A DNA stretch of 63,829 nt, the filler included, from Octopus bimaculoides (taxonomy: Eukaryota), in assembly GCF_001194135.2 (NCBI RefSeq). It is 5 parts of 4 records of this genome, joined end to end, with 100 filler letters (N's around TTAATTAATTAA, not from the genome) between each part and the next. Parts side by side here need not be neighbours in the genome. Positions count along the whole stretch, not along the records: positions 26,026 to 48,528 come from NC_069000.1; positions 48,629 to 58,688 come from NC_068991.1; 3 more parts are not named here. One strand, written 5' to 3'. Below are positions 38,706 to 51,482 of the stretch, piece after piece. The position numbers and the translations under genes were made by a program. Below the pieces are notes generated by a model, which saw only the letters and a program-made list of their open reading frames with translations, did not search any database and was not told where the DNA came from. Numbering within the stretch: the first letter of the stretch is position 1; each line of letters starts with the position of its first letter.

Positions 38706-39352
38706 CTGTTGGAAGCAAAAGATGGGAATAATAGTAAGACTATGTCTAAATTATGCAGAAAGGAAAAGGTTCTTGGTGTTAATAAGAGTGAACGGTAGGT
38801 TACAGGGGAACATTAAATTTTCTTTTCTCATCATTTAATGCCTGTTTTTCCATGCTGGCATGGGTTGGATGGTTCAACAGGAGCAAATGAGTTGGAGGAC
38901 AGCATCAAGTTCCAATGTCTGTATGTATATATAAATTATTCTAATGCCAATAATTCTACAAATTACAAGTAATATTAATAAAGAACCAACCCATGTCAGC
39001 ATAGATGATGATGATGATATTCTGACAGAATTATTAGCATGCAGGACAAAATGCTTAGCCACATTTCATCTATGTTCTGAGTTCAAATTCCACTGAGGTT
39101 GACCTTGCCTTTCATCCTTTCAGGGTCGATAAATAAAGTACCAGTGAAACACTGGAGTCAATATAATTGACTAGTCCCCTCCCGCAAGATTTCAGGCCTT
39201 GTGCCTATAGTAGAAAGGATTATTATTATTAGTGGTGGTGGAAGCAGCGTGTTCTAGTTTGGCTTGAAACCACAAATTTCATGCTGTTGACATAGCATCA
39301 ACTTAGAGCAACAGGGGAATGTAATTTGAGATGTTTTAAAAAATAAATTTAC

Positions 39353-39437
39353 CTGTACAAACGATGAGCTGGAGAATAAGTTGCAGGATTGGGTCCACAT
39401 TTTGTCCAGGTAAGGTTTACATCAGTTGGGGGGTAGT
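39353..39437 (-). CDS. ANKS6: ANKS6 coding exon 11
   Basis: DYPPTDVNLTWTKCGPNPATYSPAHRLY; ttttctag|...AG|gtaaat; provides the phase 1 to 2 shift required by exon 12. Confidence 0.65.
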
Positions 39438-40138
39438 CTAGAAAACAAACCCCACCCAAAAACATAAATGTATCATAATCATTGTCATCCTTAACAACTC
39501 TTAACGAAGTGAAATCAATTATTGACCACAAACACCACAAAATGTGGATCTGCTCCACTGACCCTTTGACCTGTTGTCCAGTGTGCTGTCAAATTAGTTC
39601 CTGCTAAGCCAGCCTGGAGAACAGATGATTTGTCATTGCAGACCAAGTTTCTTCATCATTATTTCATAATCCACTTTTCCATGCTTGCATGGGTCAGACG
39701 GAATTTTCGAGGCAGATTTTTGACAGCCAAATGTTCCTGTTGTCATCAGGAAAGGACCCTGCTTGTATGACTGACACTCATTTACAACTATCATGTGATG
39801 TGAAGACAAGGGGACATGCACCAGTATGTACATACATACATATACACACACACACACATACAGCAGGCTTCTTTCAGTTTCCATCTACCAAATCCACTCG
39901 AGACTTTGTTTGGTCTGTGACTACAGTAGTTGGACTGAATCTCAAACCAGGAGGTTGGGAAACAAAGAGCCTTAATCACACAGCCAGGCGGTGCCTCTGT
40001 TGTTTCTCTTGAGCATCCCTGGTTGTAAAACACAGAACTTGAAAATCAGAGCAGAACCATCTCTCATTGTAACTAAGGAAAAGGGTTTGGAAAACTAGAA
40101 GGAAAATGAAATGAATATTTGTCAGATGTAGCACTCAC

Positions 40139-40526
40139 CTGAGCTAGGAACAGCAACAGCAGAAGAAGCTGATGCAGGGTTGCCAACAGGACCCTGTTCT
40201 GCACACAACCCAAGAGAACTGAATTCTCCTCCAGCTGCTGCACGATTAGACATTGCCACTCTTGAATAGACTGCAGCAGACGTTGGCCCAGGAGCAGATG
40301 ATGCACTGGGGTTGTTTGTAAACTGGTATGGCAAATGCTTTTTGTAACCAGGAATGATTGTAGCAGTCGTTGAACCGGTGATTCCAAGAGAAGGACTTGA
40401 AGGAAAATAGCGGGAAGCTGGGGCCATCATGGGTGTTGATGGGTTCACTTGGTGATGCATATTTAGATTTCCTGTAGATCGATTGTGTAGCAGTTTTGAA
40501 GGACAGGCTACTGATCGACTAGATCT
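40139..40526 (-). CDS. ANKS6: ANKS6 coding exon 10 (Ser/Ala/Pro-rich linker)
   Basis: Open frame RSSRSVACPSKLLHNRSTGNLNMHHQVNPSTP...VAVPSS; strong acceptor and G|GTGAGT donor; 388 nt, phase 0 to 1. Confidence 0.8.
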
Positions 40527-40884
40527 CTACAACACAGAAAAAAAACACAATTCAAAACTTCAGGTAATACAACATAACTGTTGAAAATATCAAATAAATG
40601 CATTAGTTGTTTCCATCTCTTTTTTAATAATTAGACTTTGTAGACTTTGAATCAGCTTGTAGGAGCAGGTTGCTGGGTAAGAAAGTCATTACATTTAATT
40701 TAAAAATAAAACTCCTGTCTCTCATATACTTTTTTTTAAAGAGAGTAAAACGGGATTTGAGGGAATCTTGCCCTTTTTTAGCAAGCCAGATGATTATTTA
40801 AAGGGTTCGTGTGTTTTTTTTTTCCTGCCTCTTTTGTAAACCTGCAAAAAAAAAAAAAACAATAAAGGTACACAAGACACTTAC

Positions 40885-41052
40885 CGTTGTTGAATTCATG
40901 AGGACCGGAGAGACTGGTGCTGTCCTGCGTCCAGTACAGAGTTTACGTGATGTGTGGTCAGTACTGTCCAGACCAAACGTTGGTTGTGGCAGGAATGGCG
41001 GAATAACTGGTTTCAGGGTGTCACAAGAGTTGGAATGTGGAGTGCTCATATC
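40885..41052 (-). CDS. ANKS6: ANKS6 coding exon 9
   Basis: Contains TLKPVIPPFLPQPTF (ANKS6 KLKAVIPPFLPPSSF); 168 nt, phase 0; GTAAGT donor. Confidence 0.9.
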
Positions 41053-41301
41053 CTGCAGAAACACAACAACAATCTTCATCCATTATTTGACTCAAAGAGA
41101 CAATATGTTGTCTGGGTCAAGAATTGAACCCACATCCTAATGACTGACAGCTCAACACCCTAAACACTAAGCTGAATACTTTCACATGTTACATTCCAAA
41201 TACCAGTTTAAGAAGAAAAAAGTTGTTTGCTTTACAAATAATTTTCAAATTTAATTAACACACATGTTAAGTGTTTTGATTAATTAGTGTGATGATCTCA
41301 C

Positions 41302-41424
41302 CTGAGTACACATTGTTGCACTTCGTTTAGTTTCCTGAAGAATCATCTCGTAACTGTTGAAGTCAACCATTTGTTGAGTTGGCAAAGCAGATGCGGGTGA
41401 GACATGCTGGTCTCCCATGGCAAC
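41302..41424 (-). CDS. ANKS6: ANKS6 coding exon 8
   Basis: VAMGDQHVSPASALPTQQMVDFNSYEMILQETKRSATMCTQ; tttcag|...CAG|gtgaga; 123 nt, phase 0; weak sequence similarity only. Confidence 0.75.
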
Positions 41425-42843
41425 CTGAAATACACAATAAACAACACTGACGCTAGAGTGAACTAGTGACAAAAACCAACTAAAGAGGGTGGAGACTAAA
41501 TCTGGTCATTTGACTTTTAGAAACAGCAGCTAAATCTCCTGCAACATAATGGAGACAGGGAAGACATTGGATAATGCAGTCCTAGATACACTATACTTGA
41601 AACAAAAAAAAAAGGGGCAGAGATGGATTGTCTTTGATCATAGGTTTCTTTAAACAGGATTGGCCTGTGGCTAAACAACAACTTCAGAGAACATGGTGGT
41701 CTTTAATGTTACGAGCTGTAACAGTCTTTGAGTTTACCTTAAATTGGAGACCCTGACATATAGCATCATCATTTAACATCTGCTTTCTATGCTGGTATGG
41801 GTTGGACAGTTTGACTGAGGACTGGCAAGGCTGGAGAGCTGCACCAGGCTCCATTTGTCTGAATTTGGCAAGGTTTCTATGGCTGGATGCCCTTCCTCAT
41901 GCCAACCACTTCACAGAGTGTACTGGGTGCTTTGTTATGTGACGCCAGCACAGGTGCTTTATACGTGGCATCAACAGGGGTGCTTTTATAAGTGGCACCA
42001 GTGCCTGTGATCTGAAGAGACAGCCGAGGGAAGGAGTGAAACGGAGAGATTAGAATATGAGAGGAACCGAGGTGGTCCTCTTATTTGCCCACCTCAGTCG
42101 GACAAGGAAGGAGGGAGTTAGAAAGACAGCTGGAGGGAGAGAGAGAGAGCCTGCTCACACTCACACTCCAGCTGTCTCCCTAACTCTCTCCCACCTTCCT
42201 TGCCCGACTGAGTGAAGACTGATGGGGTTTGATTATCCATAGACTTGGACAATAATCTTGAATGTTTAGAATAAAGGGGCCAACACAAAAAGGACCCACA
42301 AACCAAGTAATGGAGTTAAACAGGATGACAGATTATGTGTACTACCAAAGAACAAATACAGTCCATTCCATGGGCTTCCACACAGTTTCCACCAACTCAG
42401 TTTTACTCATGAGGCTGATGACGACGATGAAGGCTAGAGTTGACCTAAGGCTACACTGGAAGACACTTGCCCAATGTGCCATTCAGTGGGATTGAACCCA
42501 GTGAAATGATAAGATGGAGATTTGAAAGAGAATCTCTACCATCAGGTTTAACAATTCAGCCAGGGTGAACCTCGTTGTGGTTATTGAATCTGCTAGAAAT
42601 AGCAGTCAACTTTCCCTCAGATCACATCTGCTTGTCTCAGAAAACAGAGACAAATTGGATAATGTGATTAGGTATGCAAGAGTGTGTTTGAGGGAGAAAG
42701 GCAGAATGGTTGCAGATGGAATGTTTTTGATTAAAAGGGTCTGTGGGATTGAGTGATGACTCAAAGGACAGAGTTAATAAGGGAGTGGGGGGGCGAAAAA
42801 GAGGCAGAAAATAAGAGATTTTAGGTAAATTGAGATGACTTAC

Positions 42844-42948
42844 ATCAGTATCAGGCTGGAACGGTCCCGTTGCAAAGTAATGAGAGGTGCTGTAGGTGCG
42901 ACCAAGTTTCAGATTGCGGAAACGGTTTGACATACGACTCCACCAGGC
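42844..42948 (-). CDS. ANKS6: ANKS6 coding exon 7
   Basis: AWWSRMSNRFRNLKLGRT... matches the ANKS6 signature SWWNRMSNRFRKLKL; 105 nt, phase 0, GTAAGT donor. Confidence 0.92.
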
Positions 42949-43711
42949 CTGAGTATTGGAGGGAAAAAACAAAATAAGGTTTTGGAATAATAATTCTAGA
43001 GACAGGCAACATGTTGAGACTAAACTGTTGCCAAAAAAGAAAATTTTTAAAAAATACATAAATGCCAAATTCTGTTCCTCACAGAAATTTAATACTAAAT
43101 GCTTAAATTATGAATATGCAGAACAAAAACATCATTTTGGGGACCTTTTTCAGCATTTTGACCATCCACTTTTCCATGCTGGCATGGGTTGTATGAAGTT
43201 AGTTTGGGTGGATTTAATATGACCAGGTGTCCTTCCTCTTACAAACCCTCACCCATTTCTAAGGTAATATTCCCGCCTTGACAGGACATGTTTCCATAGA
43301 AATGAAGGACACTGCTTTCTTGACAGTGACACTCGTTTACAGCGACCATGAGATGTCAAGGCAAGCCAACAGTAACACACACACTTATGTGTGTGTGTGT
43401 GTGTGTATATATATACATACAATGGGTTTCTCTCGGTTTCTGATTACCAGTTCCACTGGCGAGGCTTTGATCGGCCTGGGGCTTTAGTAGATGACACCTG
43501 CCTAAGGTGACACACAGTGGGACAGAAACAAACATCTTGCTATAACAGCCATGGATGGATATAGTGTTGTTGGTCAGTGGAATGGTTGAAGAACCCAGCA
43601 GAAAGCAAAAGATCAAGAGACAATAAATAGAAAAAAAAGAAGACAAAGCTGGCAACCAATGAATTATGAAGAATTGGGTTGAATGGAGCAAAATGATGAG
43701 ATGAAACTTAC

Positions 43712-43739
43712 TCTCAATCCATTCTGTGAGTGTTCTTCG
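43712..43739 (-). CDS. ANKS6: ANKS6 coding exon 6 (28-nt micro-exon, EEHSQNGLR)
   Basis: cgtttcag|C...AGA|gtaagt; supplies the needed phase 2 to 0 change and resembles DDKGGLK preceding the WW motif. Confidence 0.75.
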
Positions 43740-44661
43740 CTGAAACGAGGAAATATATAGAAATGTTTAAGCAATATTGCACAAAGACAGTGAAGAAGGA
43801 AAGAAAGGAGAGAAAAAGAGAGCAAAAGACACAATGAAGATGTATAAATGTGTAAGGTGGTGGTGGTGGTGTTGTAGTGAATGTTACCAAAAGGTCAAGG
43901 TTGTCCTGATTGTGGAAACCATTTGTAAGGACATGGAATACAAACAGATGTTTTTTGCTGTTGGAAGGGGTTTAACTTTTAGAAATAACTTCTTTGTATT
44001 TGAACCAATAACATGATGGCTTTACCTGTTAGAAATAGCAGTCAATTTTCCCTCAAGTCACACTTTACCATCTTAAAAGAAAACGAACACATTGGACAAT
44101 ATAGTCACTGATATAAAATATGACTTGATGGTCACATCTGGACAAAGTTGTGTAGTTGAAAGTAATTATCTGGTTACTGAACTCGGTAAGAATCATATAC
44201 CAATTCTGATTAAATGTAAAATGTAATCCACTGCATAGAATCACTGATGCAAAGTTTCCTGTTTTCTTCAGTGAAAATAATGAAATCAGATTCAGAAGAA
44301 TTTCTTATAATCTTCATTTTGCAATTGGAATCAGTTTTATTAAAAACTGAGGAGTTAAAAGTCAAAGATTTTGTGTAGGGATTCTATAGTTCTGCCTCAA
44401 GGACAACTTTGACCACAAGTTTGCTGGCTGAGGTGAAAGAAAAATACTCTTTAAGCAAGACACATCATGCCACCACTTGTCACAATTAATTTAGTGAAAA
44501 AGAAACATGAGTAAATACCTCTATTACATTTTGTGGTTAAGAAGAGCTGCTAATTCATAAAGATAAAGTGTGGATTTGCAGAGCTACCCCACCCCCCTCC
44601 AACAGTATTAGGGGAAGAAATACAAAGTCTAAGAAACAAAAGAAATGCTTTGATGTCTGAC

Positions 44662-44773
44662 CTGAAATCTTGAACTGTGCCATTCTGTTTGACCCATTTT
44701 TTGCCCTGGCGCTGGTTTGTTATTTTCATTGTCTTCTCAGCAAGTAAACGTAATAATTCTGTGTCAACATCAT
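44662..44773 (-). CDS. ANKS6: ANKS6 coding exon 5
   Basis: DDVDTELLRLLAEKTMKITNQRQGKKWVKQNGTVQDF resembles ANKS6 DPDTELVRLLA; phase 1 to 2. Confidence 0.9.
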
Positions 44774-45399
44774 CTGCAACAACAATTTATAACATAGACA
44801 CCAGGCCACAACTGTTTTTTTTTTTTGTTTTTTTTAATGGGAGGGATGGTTTAGTTAAAGCCATCAATTTGGACCCCACTCCCCACTATTTATTCTACTT
44901 CCATCCTGAAAAGGAAAGGAAGTCATCCCCAGCAGGATTTGAACTCAGAATATAACAGAATGTTACTAAATAGCACAACATATTCTAGCAAAGGGTTAAG
45001 TATTGGAGTTAATTTGTAGCCACATTGGATCTTCTTCATCCACATTTAGCAGTCACCAATTCCTCATCCAAACACTGGTATGTAGCCCTACCAGTGCAGT
45101 CTTCTTTCTTGCACATCTGATGCCTCTTATGCCCAGTTTTTCTCTCAACATATTTATTCTATGTCATCCATGCACATCCTCACATTGCACATCCAGTGGA
45201 GCATGCTGTTTCTGCTGTGCTCACAGAATGTACTGCTCCAGTGCATCTATTGCATACAAAGCTTTACTACTACTACTACTGAGGACAGAGAAGAAAATGC
45301 CTTGTGGTATTATACTCCCCGAAAAAAAACAATTTTAGATGACAAATTACAGTGTTGAGATAAGAGTTTTGTTAATTGAATTTAAGAAATGTTACCAAC

Positions 45400-45500
45400 C
45401 AAGTAGGGAGGCCATGTCAAAGGCTGTGCATCCATTTTTCGCTTGAACAGTCACTTCAGTTTTGGCCTCATTGATGAGAAACATGGCAACAGATTTTTGT
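45400..45500 (-). CDS. ANKS6: ANKS6 coding exon 4
   Basis: QKSVAMFLINEAKTEVTVQAKNGCTAFDMASLL; ttttcag acceptor and GTTGGT donor; phase 2 to 1 fits both neighbours. Confidence 0.9.
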
Positions 45501-46301
45501 CTGAAAAAAAGAAAGAAAATCATTTTATTTGATGAAGATGCTGTTTAATTGGTTGAAATCCCAACATCATCTTGTAGTCAAACTCCCCACAGCTCCATTA
45601 TTTCCTTAGTCCCCAGGTTAGCCTTGATTGAGGAGACCAATGATCACAGATATTCCTGCCATGACCATTTCATCTTATTAGGATATATCTACGATTACAA
45701 ACTTATCTAATGAATCAGTGAGTTTCTAACTCATTTTACAAAGAAAGTTGTGATTTGAGAGATATTTCACAGCTATTTCTAGCAACATGAATAACCACAA
45801 GCAGACTCCCTTATTGATCAGATCCCATCCAGAAGCAAATATTTCCAACAACCGTCAACCTGTAAAGGTTCTTTTGCTCCTCTTATAAAACCCAGGTCCC
45901 TAATTCCCTTGCTGTTCTGAGAGCTTTGTCAGCAGGCAACACGACTTTGATGCTGTTTATCCCCAGGTCAATCTTGCTCCAGCAGGCCCATGATCAAAGA
46001 CATTCCAAGGCAAGTTGTGTCCATGTATTTGGTAAGGAGCAGTATGTTGGAGCAAGAAGTATGGCTGTCAGCTGGAGAGAGAGAGAGACATGAGGTGTCT
46101 GGAACATAGACTTAGGGGCAGGGGAGGGGTCACACCCCAGCACCCAACCAAATATCTCAGTGTCATTTAGTCAGAACCACATGGCTGGGAAGTTTACTTC
46201 TTTACCACATAATCATTTGTTCACTATAGGACTTCTTAATTACAGCTAAACTGTGGACTGCATAACAACAACAACAACAACAACAAGAACGTGTGAGTTA
46301 C

Positions 46302-46509
46302 CCATGGTAGGTGGCTTGCATCAATGCTGTCCAACCACTGATGGTGTCTTGTTTGTTGGGGTCACAACCATTCTCGACTAACTGACGAACAATATCCAAC
46401 CGTCCCATCATGGCAGCAAACATAAGAGGCGTCGCTCCATCTTGAGGTGAACAAGCATCAACTTGTATCTTATCTTCTTTCAGAATCTGAGAAATGCGTT
46501 CAAGATCGC
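46302..46509 (-). CDS. ANKS6: ANKS6 coding exon 3 (ankyrin repeats)
   Basis: GDLERISQILKEDKIQVDACSPQDGATPLMFAAMMGRLDIVRQLVENGCDPNKQDTISGWTALMQATYHG; canonical AG/GT; phase 1 to 2. Confidence 0.95.
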
Positions 46510-46579
46510 CTAAAAAAAGAAATAAATAAACATGAAATTATCAATTCACATCGTATAAAATACATTGTCACATCACTCA

Positions 46580-46780
46580 GTGTGTGGCCCAATGGTTAGG
46601 GTGTTGCACTTGCAATCACCAGATCATGGGTTCGATTCCCAGACCAGATGGTGCATTTGTGTTCTTGAGTAAAACATTTCATTTCAAATTGCACCAGTCT
46701 ACTCAGCTGTAAACGGGTCACCCTGCAACAGGATAATCTTTTTCCGGTCGGAGGCAATGTTGTTGCTCTGCTCACCTAGC
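46580..46780 (+). mobile_element. tRNA-derived SINE with clear Pol III boxes in ANKS6 intron 2
   Basis: A-box TGGCCCAATGG (46585-46595) and B-box GGTTCGATTCC (46629-46639), followed by a non-tRNA body. Confidence 0.7.
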
Positions 46781-47070
46781 CATCACTCGAAAGATAAAAT
46801 GATGCAAAGTGCATTGTGACTAGTGATGTATAACGTCTGATAGTCTGGTTGATCATGTGATCCCATGAAGGCCCAATGTAATTCTAATGATGGAAGATTA
46901 AACCATACCATTACAGGTGTGCAGTGCTTCATTAAAACTGAAAACAGAAAATACATCAGACAGCAGCATCGTGTTACATTAATCCTGATACAAACAAAGT
47001 CCGTCTGTATAGGACCCCTCACTGCTGGGGGGACACTCGCTGTCAAAGCTACAAAACAAAGAAGACATAC

Positions 47071-47115
47071 CTTGTTTCGAAGCAGTTATGATGTCAGGTT
47101 TCACTTCTTCTGGCG
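47071..47115 (-). CDS. ANKS6: ANKS6 coding exon 2 (45 nt, SPEEVKPDIITASKQ)
   Basis: Boundaries ttttgtag|CG...AAG|gtatgt; phase 1 to 1. Corresponds to the ANKS6 EEKRRPDIFHALKMG segment. Confidence 0.85.
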
Positions 47116-47620
47116 CTACAAAAGAAAGGGAAAACAGAAATTAAAAACAATAAGGGAATTAGATTTAACGGCCAAGTGAGAAAGAGAAGGAGAATGACAT
47201 CCTTAAACGAGAGACTGTGTCCAAATGTTTGCAATTGTGTGGACAAGGTGGTGGCCTGAGACTGATATTAAAGCACACAAGTACAAGGAATGGTCCTTAC
47301 AGACAAGATATCACACACACTTTCTGTCTCATCTACTAAATTCCATTCAACAAGGCTTTGGTTAACCCAAGAAAATGGTAGACAACATTTGCGCAAAGTG
47401 CTATGTAGAGGAATTGAACCACAAACTAAAGTTGGAAAAAACAAATTTTTTAACCAAAAAAACATGTCCTGCTGAAGGTTTAAAAAAATATTTGAATTTA
47501 TCGAAAACCGTCTACAATTTCAAATATTTTGAGCGCCATATTAAAACAATGTAAGCCAAATTACAACAACAAAAAACGGGACTCTTGAATTAAAATTGTC
47601 AAAATATAAATATAACTTAC

Positions 47621-48320
47621 AAACTTTCGGTTTGTTTTTGGTTTTTCGATCTAAATAGCCGTGTACTTCTCGCTTCCCCCGCATTTTCGCCATTTCCAGG
47701 GCAGTTCGGTCGTTAATGTCGGTCAAATTCGGATCACAGCCCCGTTCGATGAGCACTTGAGCAGTGGTCATGTGTCCGTTTTGAGCAGCTGCCATTAAAA
47801 CTGTGAGGCCATTGGACGGCGTCTGGTAGTTGACTTCGTATCCTCTGTCCAGCAGAAGTCTCAGAACGGAATCGTGTCCATTCTGAGCAGCAGACATCAA
47901 CGGCGTGATCTCACAGTCTTTCCCATGTCTGTTATATTCGGCCCCAGCATCTAACAGCATCCGTACAACCTGCAAATGGCCACCTCGAGCAGCAATGGTC
48001 AGTGCAGAAGCGCCGAGTCGATTCAAAGCATTGAAGTCAGCCTTGTTTTGTAACAATAAGGCTACCACATTCGTGTGACCGTGTCGACAGGCTTGCATTA
48101 GAGGCGTCCAACCAGCCATGTTGGGTTTATCCAAAGCAGCTCCTCGCATCAACAGAAGCCGAACCACTTGTTCTTGGCCGTTTGCTGCTGCCATTTGTAA
48201 GGCAGTAATCTCGTCATCGTCCACATCGTCCACCTGTACGAATCCTTGATCCAACTGGCTGAGGATAACGTGAACCTCGCCATGTTCACAAGCGCTCAAA
48301 AGTTGTCGGAATCTATCCAT
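47621..48320 (-). CDS. ANKS6: Ankyrin repeat and SAM domain protein 6, coding exon 1 (N-terminal ankyrin repeats)
   Basis: MDRFRQLLSACEHG...ITALQMAAANGQ...GWTPLMQACRHGH...ALNRLGASALTIAARGGHLQVV resembles the vertebrate ANKS6 N-terminus (recalled from memory). In-frame TAA 12 nt upstream of the ATG; donor T|GTAAGT at 47620; 700 nt, phase 1. Confidence 0.95.
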
Positions 48321-48528
48321 GGTCCATGATTACAAGCCATCACCCGTCCATCAACCATAACGCCCACCCAGTTGTAAAAAAAAAAAAAAAAGAAGAAAGG
48401 TTAATATAATAAAAATTTACAAAATCTGAAATTAAAATTAATCACACAATAGCATCCGAGTGCAGTGATGGAAGAATTATTGCAGACGATAATCAAGCGG
48501 ATTTGATTAAAGATATTCAAGGAATATT

Positions 48529-48628
48529 NNNNNNNNNNNNNNNNNNNNNNNNNNNNNNNNNNNNNNNNNNNNTTAATTAATTAANNNNNNNNNNNNNNNN
48601 NNNNNNNNNNNNNNNNNNNNNNNNNNNN
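48529..48628. other. Artificial scaffold join 44N-TTAATTAATTAA-44N (also 25926-26025, 58689-58788, 62084-62183)
   Basis: Identical 100-bp structure occurs four times; the 12-mer has stops in all six frames. Confidence 0.95.
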
Positions 48629-48975
48629 GAAAACAATACCTATTGTCATAGGTGCCCTGGGAATGACAGCGAAACGGGCTGATTACTACCTAGCTCAGAT
48701 ACCAGGAAACCCCAAAATGGCTGAAGTCCAAAAGATAGTGCTCATGGGAACTGCCCATATCCTACGTAAAATACTGTCTATGTGATCTCAAATTTTAAAG
48801 CAAACATAATTTTCTTATGGTTTCTTAAACATTCACTTGAACAAAACTGTACAAATCCAAATATATGGTACCCTAGGCATAACACCTACATGAACTTCTA
48901 ACTTGTTGTCTCTTGAGGTCTCTGGGTGAGACTTGGATCCAACTTGTACAAATGCAAAACAAAAGTCAAACATAA

Positions 48976-49009
<34 letters not shown>

Positions 49010-49010
49010 T
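48629..49010 (+). mobile_element. 3' end of an RLE-type LINE with (TAA)n tail
   Basis: KTIPIVIGALGMTAKRADYYLAQIPGNPKMAEVQKIVLMGTAHILRKILSM*, then 3'UTR and (TAA)n. Confidence 0.85.
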
Positions 49011-49329
49011 GTTATCATTGTTTTGTCTTGGTATAGCTGACGTCGACTTTCCCTTCCATCCTTTCGGGATCGATAACAGTACCAGTTAAATACTGGGGTC
49101 GAAGTAATTGATTAGCCTTCCCCACAAATGTCAGATCTTGTGCTTAAAGTAGAAAAAATGTATTCTGGATCTTCACTTTCTTGGTTCAAATCCCACCCAA
49201 GTCAAGTTTGCTTTTCATTCTTTCAGTGTCGATAAAATAAAGTATTCCATGTGATGTTCACAAATGTACAGTCAGAGTCCTTTTCTGACAACATCAGACT
49301 GTGTTTTGGCCGCATCTTCAGCGTAAGAA

Positions 49330-49760
49330 GTACAGCAGTTAACGCCATAGCGCAGCACATGACAGACAAGGAAAACTGTCATAGAATACAGGGGTTCATT
49401 AAAGGAGTTGATGTGAAAATCTGATATGGGAACTGCTCCAAGACAACCTTCAAGAGAGGAAAATGAATCAGGAGGTACTAGATTTAAGAAAATTACAACA
49501 AATACAGACTTACATATACTTAGGAATTAATGAACTAGATAGAATACATCATACAAGCGAAACAAAAGGTTACGGAGAAATATTATGGACGAATGATATT
49601 AATACTTAATTAGAGGCTAAATGCCAAAAGATGTCAATAATGTAGCTATTTTGAATGATAAGTTTTAAGGTTTTCTACTGGAAGCTAAATGAATTATCTA
49701 AGAAAAATAATGACTGTCTTTAGAACGCACCATCCAAAATCAGGCACTAAATTATTATGT
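49330..49760 (+). mobile_element. Highly decayed RT fragment of an RLE-type LINE
   Basis: Remnants resembling the YKYLGINE (cttacatatacttaggaattaatgaa) and HHPK (cgcaccatccaaaa) motifs, with many stops. Confidence 0.55.
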
Positions 49761-51278
49761 TTAACACGAATTCAGGAAAGTATTGCTTTTCTGTAACAAT
49801 GAAATTATTATGAAATATCAACTTTAGTACAACTAAAATATTTAGCTGAAGAGAATAAGAAATTGATATAAATAGCAATAAGACGTGAACAAAACAAACA
49901 AACATATTGTTTTCTGTTTTTAATCTTTTGTCTGTCATATATATAATGCGATACACAAGTATGGCATCACTGCATCATATATGATACGTATTCCCAGATT
50001 TCTTTTCAAACATCAGAGTAACGTGGGAGTTATGAAAGGAAAGCTATATATTATTCAGAACGTATGAACCAAAAGCAATATGAAAGTGTGAAAAGAAGCA
50101 TGGGTGTTTAGGATAGACAAACTTGCGAAAATGCTTTGGACAAGCAAAGGGTTAAGGAAGCTAACGAATTTAGACAGAGAACCAATCAAGAGATAATTGT
50201 GAGGAAACGAAATATCTTGCCCAATGACACAACGCAGAGCCTTGTACAAGAATCAAATCTACGCCCTGACGATCGTGAGGTTAACATCCGAACCACTACA
50301 ACGTCCGTTTTTACAATAAAAAACAATATCCTTTATAACTGGTAAACAGTGAAAACGCTAACAGCAGGACACGAAACATTACACAGTCAAAAATATAGCA
50401 TTTCAAGGCACAGAACATTACAAAACCTTCTTCTTAACGAAAATTATTGATTTCTCAGATAAACACAAGCGAACAAATTTATATAGGAGAGAAGAGGTTA
50501 GTTTTTGTGACTTTGACGCCTTTATCACATAATATTTTTTATCATTTACCTCTTAATCAAGCTGGTTGCTTTGTTTAATTCCTTTTCTGTTTTCAAACTC
50601 AGTTAGGCTTCAGATAAACAATTTTTCATCATATATTTTTCTTCTGTGAGGAGAAAAATTACGAACATTTTTTTCCCCTTTCAGTATAACATGACTGTTT
50701 CAACGTAATTCCCCAGTCGCCCAATGTTCTTGTAAAACAGATCTCTTTCTTGCATATCTCTCTATTGTTTGCCTCCCTCTCGTGTATATCTATCACTTAT
50801 ATGTCTATCTCTTGTATGTCACCTACTCTCTCTATCTCTCTCTTTCTTTCTCTTGTATGCCTATCTCTTGTTTATACCCCCTTGATAGTCGATAACATTC
50901 GTGGTCGTCTGCATTTGTGTGGTTTCCAAAGCGAGACACATTAGGTCAATCAGTAAAAGATAAGTTTATCTACGTCTACATTTCTAAATTATCTGTTCGT
51001 TGTTTATCAAATCTGTTTATATTTCTAAATATTTGTCATTTCAGTCATTTACCTGTCATTGCAATAAGATATAACCATTGCTTCTGTCGTTGTCGTGCTT
51101 GTTTTCGTCATTGTCCTGTACATTCGTTAGCTGTTCCCAGTGGCTCCTCACCGCTGGCGTCACCAAAGTGAACAATGCCATCGTTAAAGGCACGAAATCG
51201 TTATGATCTTTTGGACGTTGACTGATGTGGAATAAGCTACGGATTTTCCATTTGTTGTGTTTTTGTTAGATTTTTGGA

Positions 51279-51328
<50 letters not shown>

Positions 51329-51437
51329 GTACTTTTGAATTACAGGTACAAACCACACGACCAGTTCTTTCTTTATAGTTTCTGCTTACCCAATTTTATT
51401 TAGGTTAACTGAAACACTGAGAGATTGAGAGAGAGAA

Positions 51438-51482
<45 letters not shown>

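Noticed and set aside
46580-46660. Possible tRNA gene
   Set aside because: A and B boxes are present, but I see no complete cloverleaf, and it continues into a SINE body.
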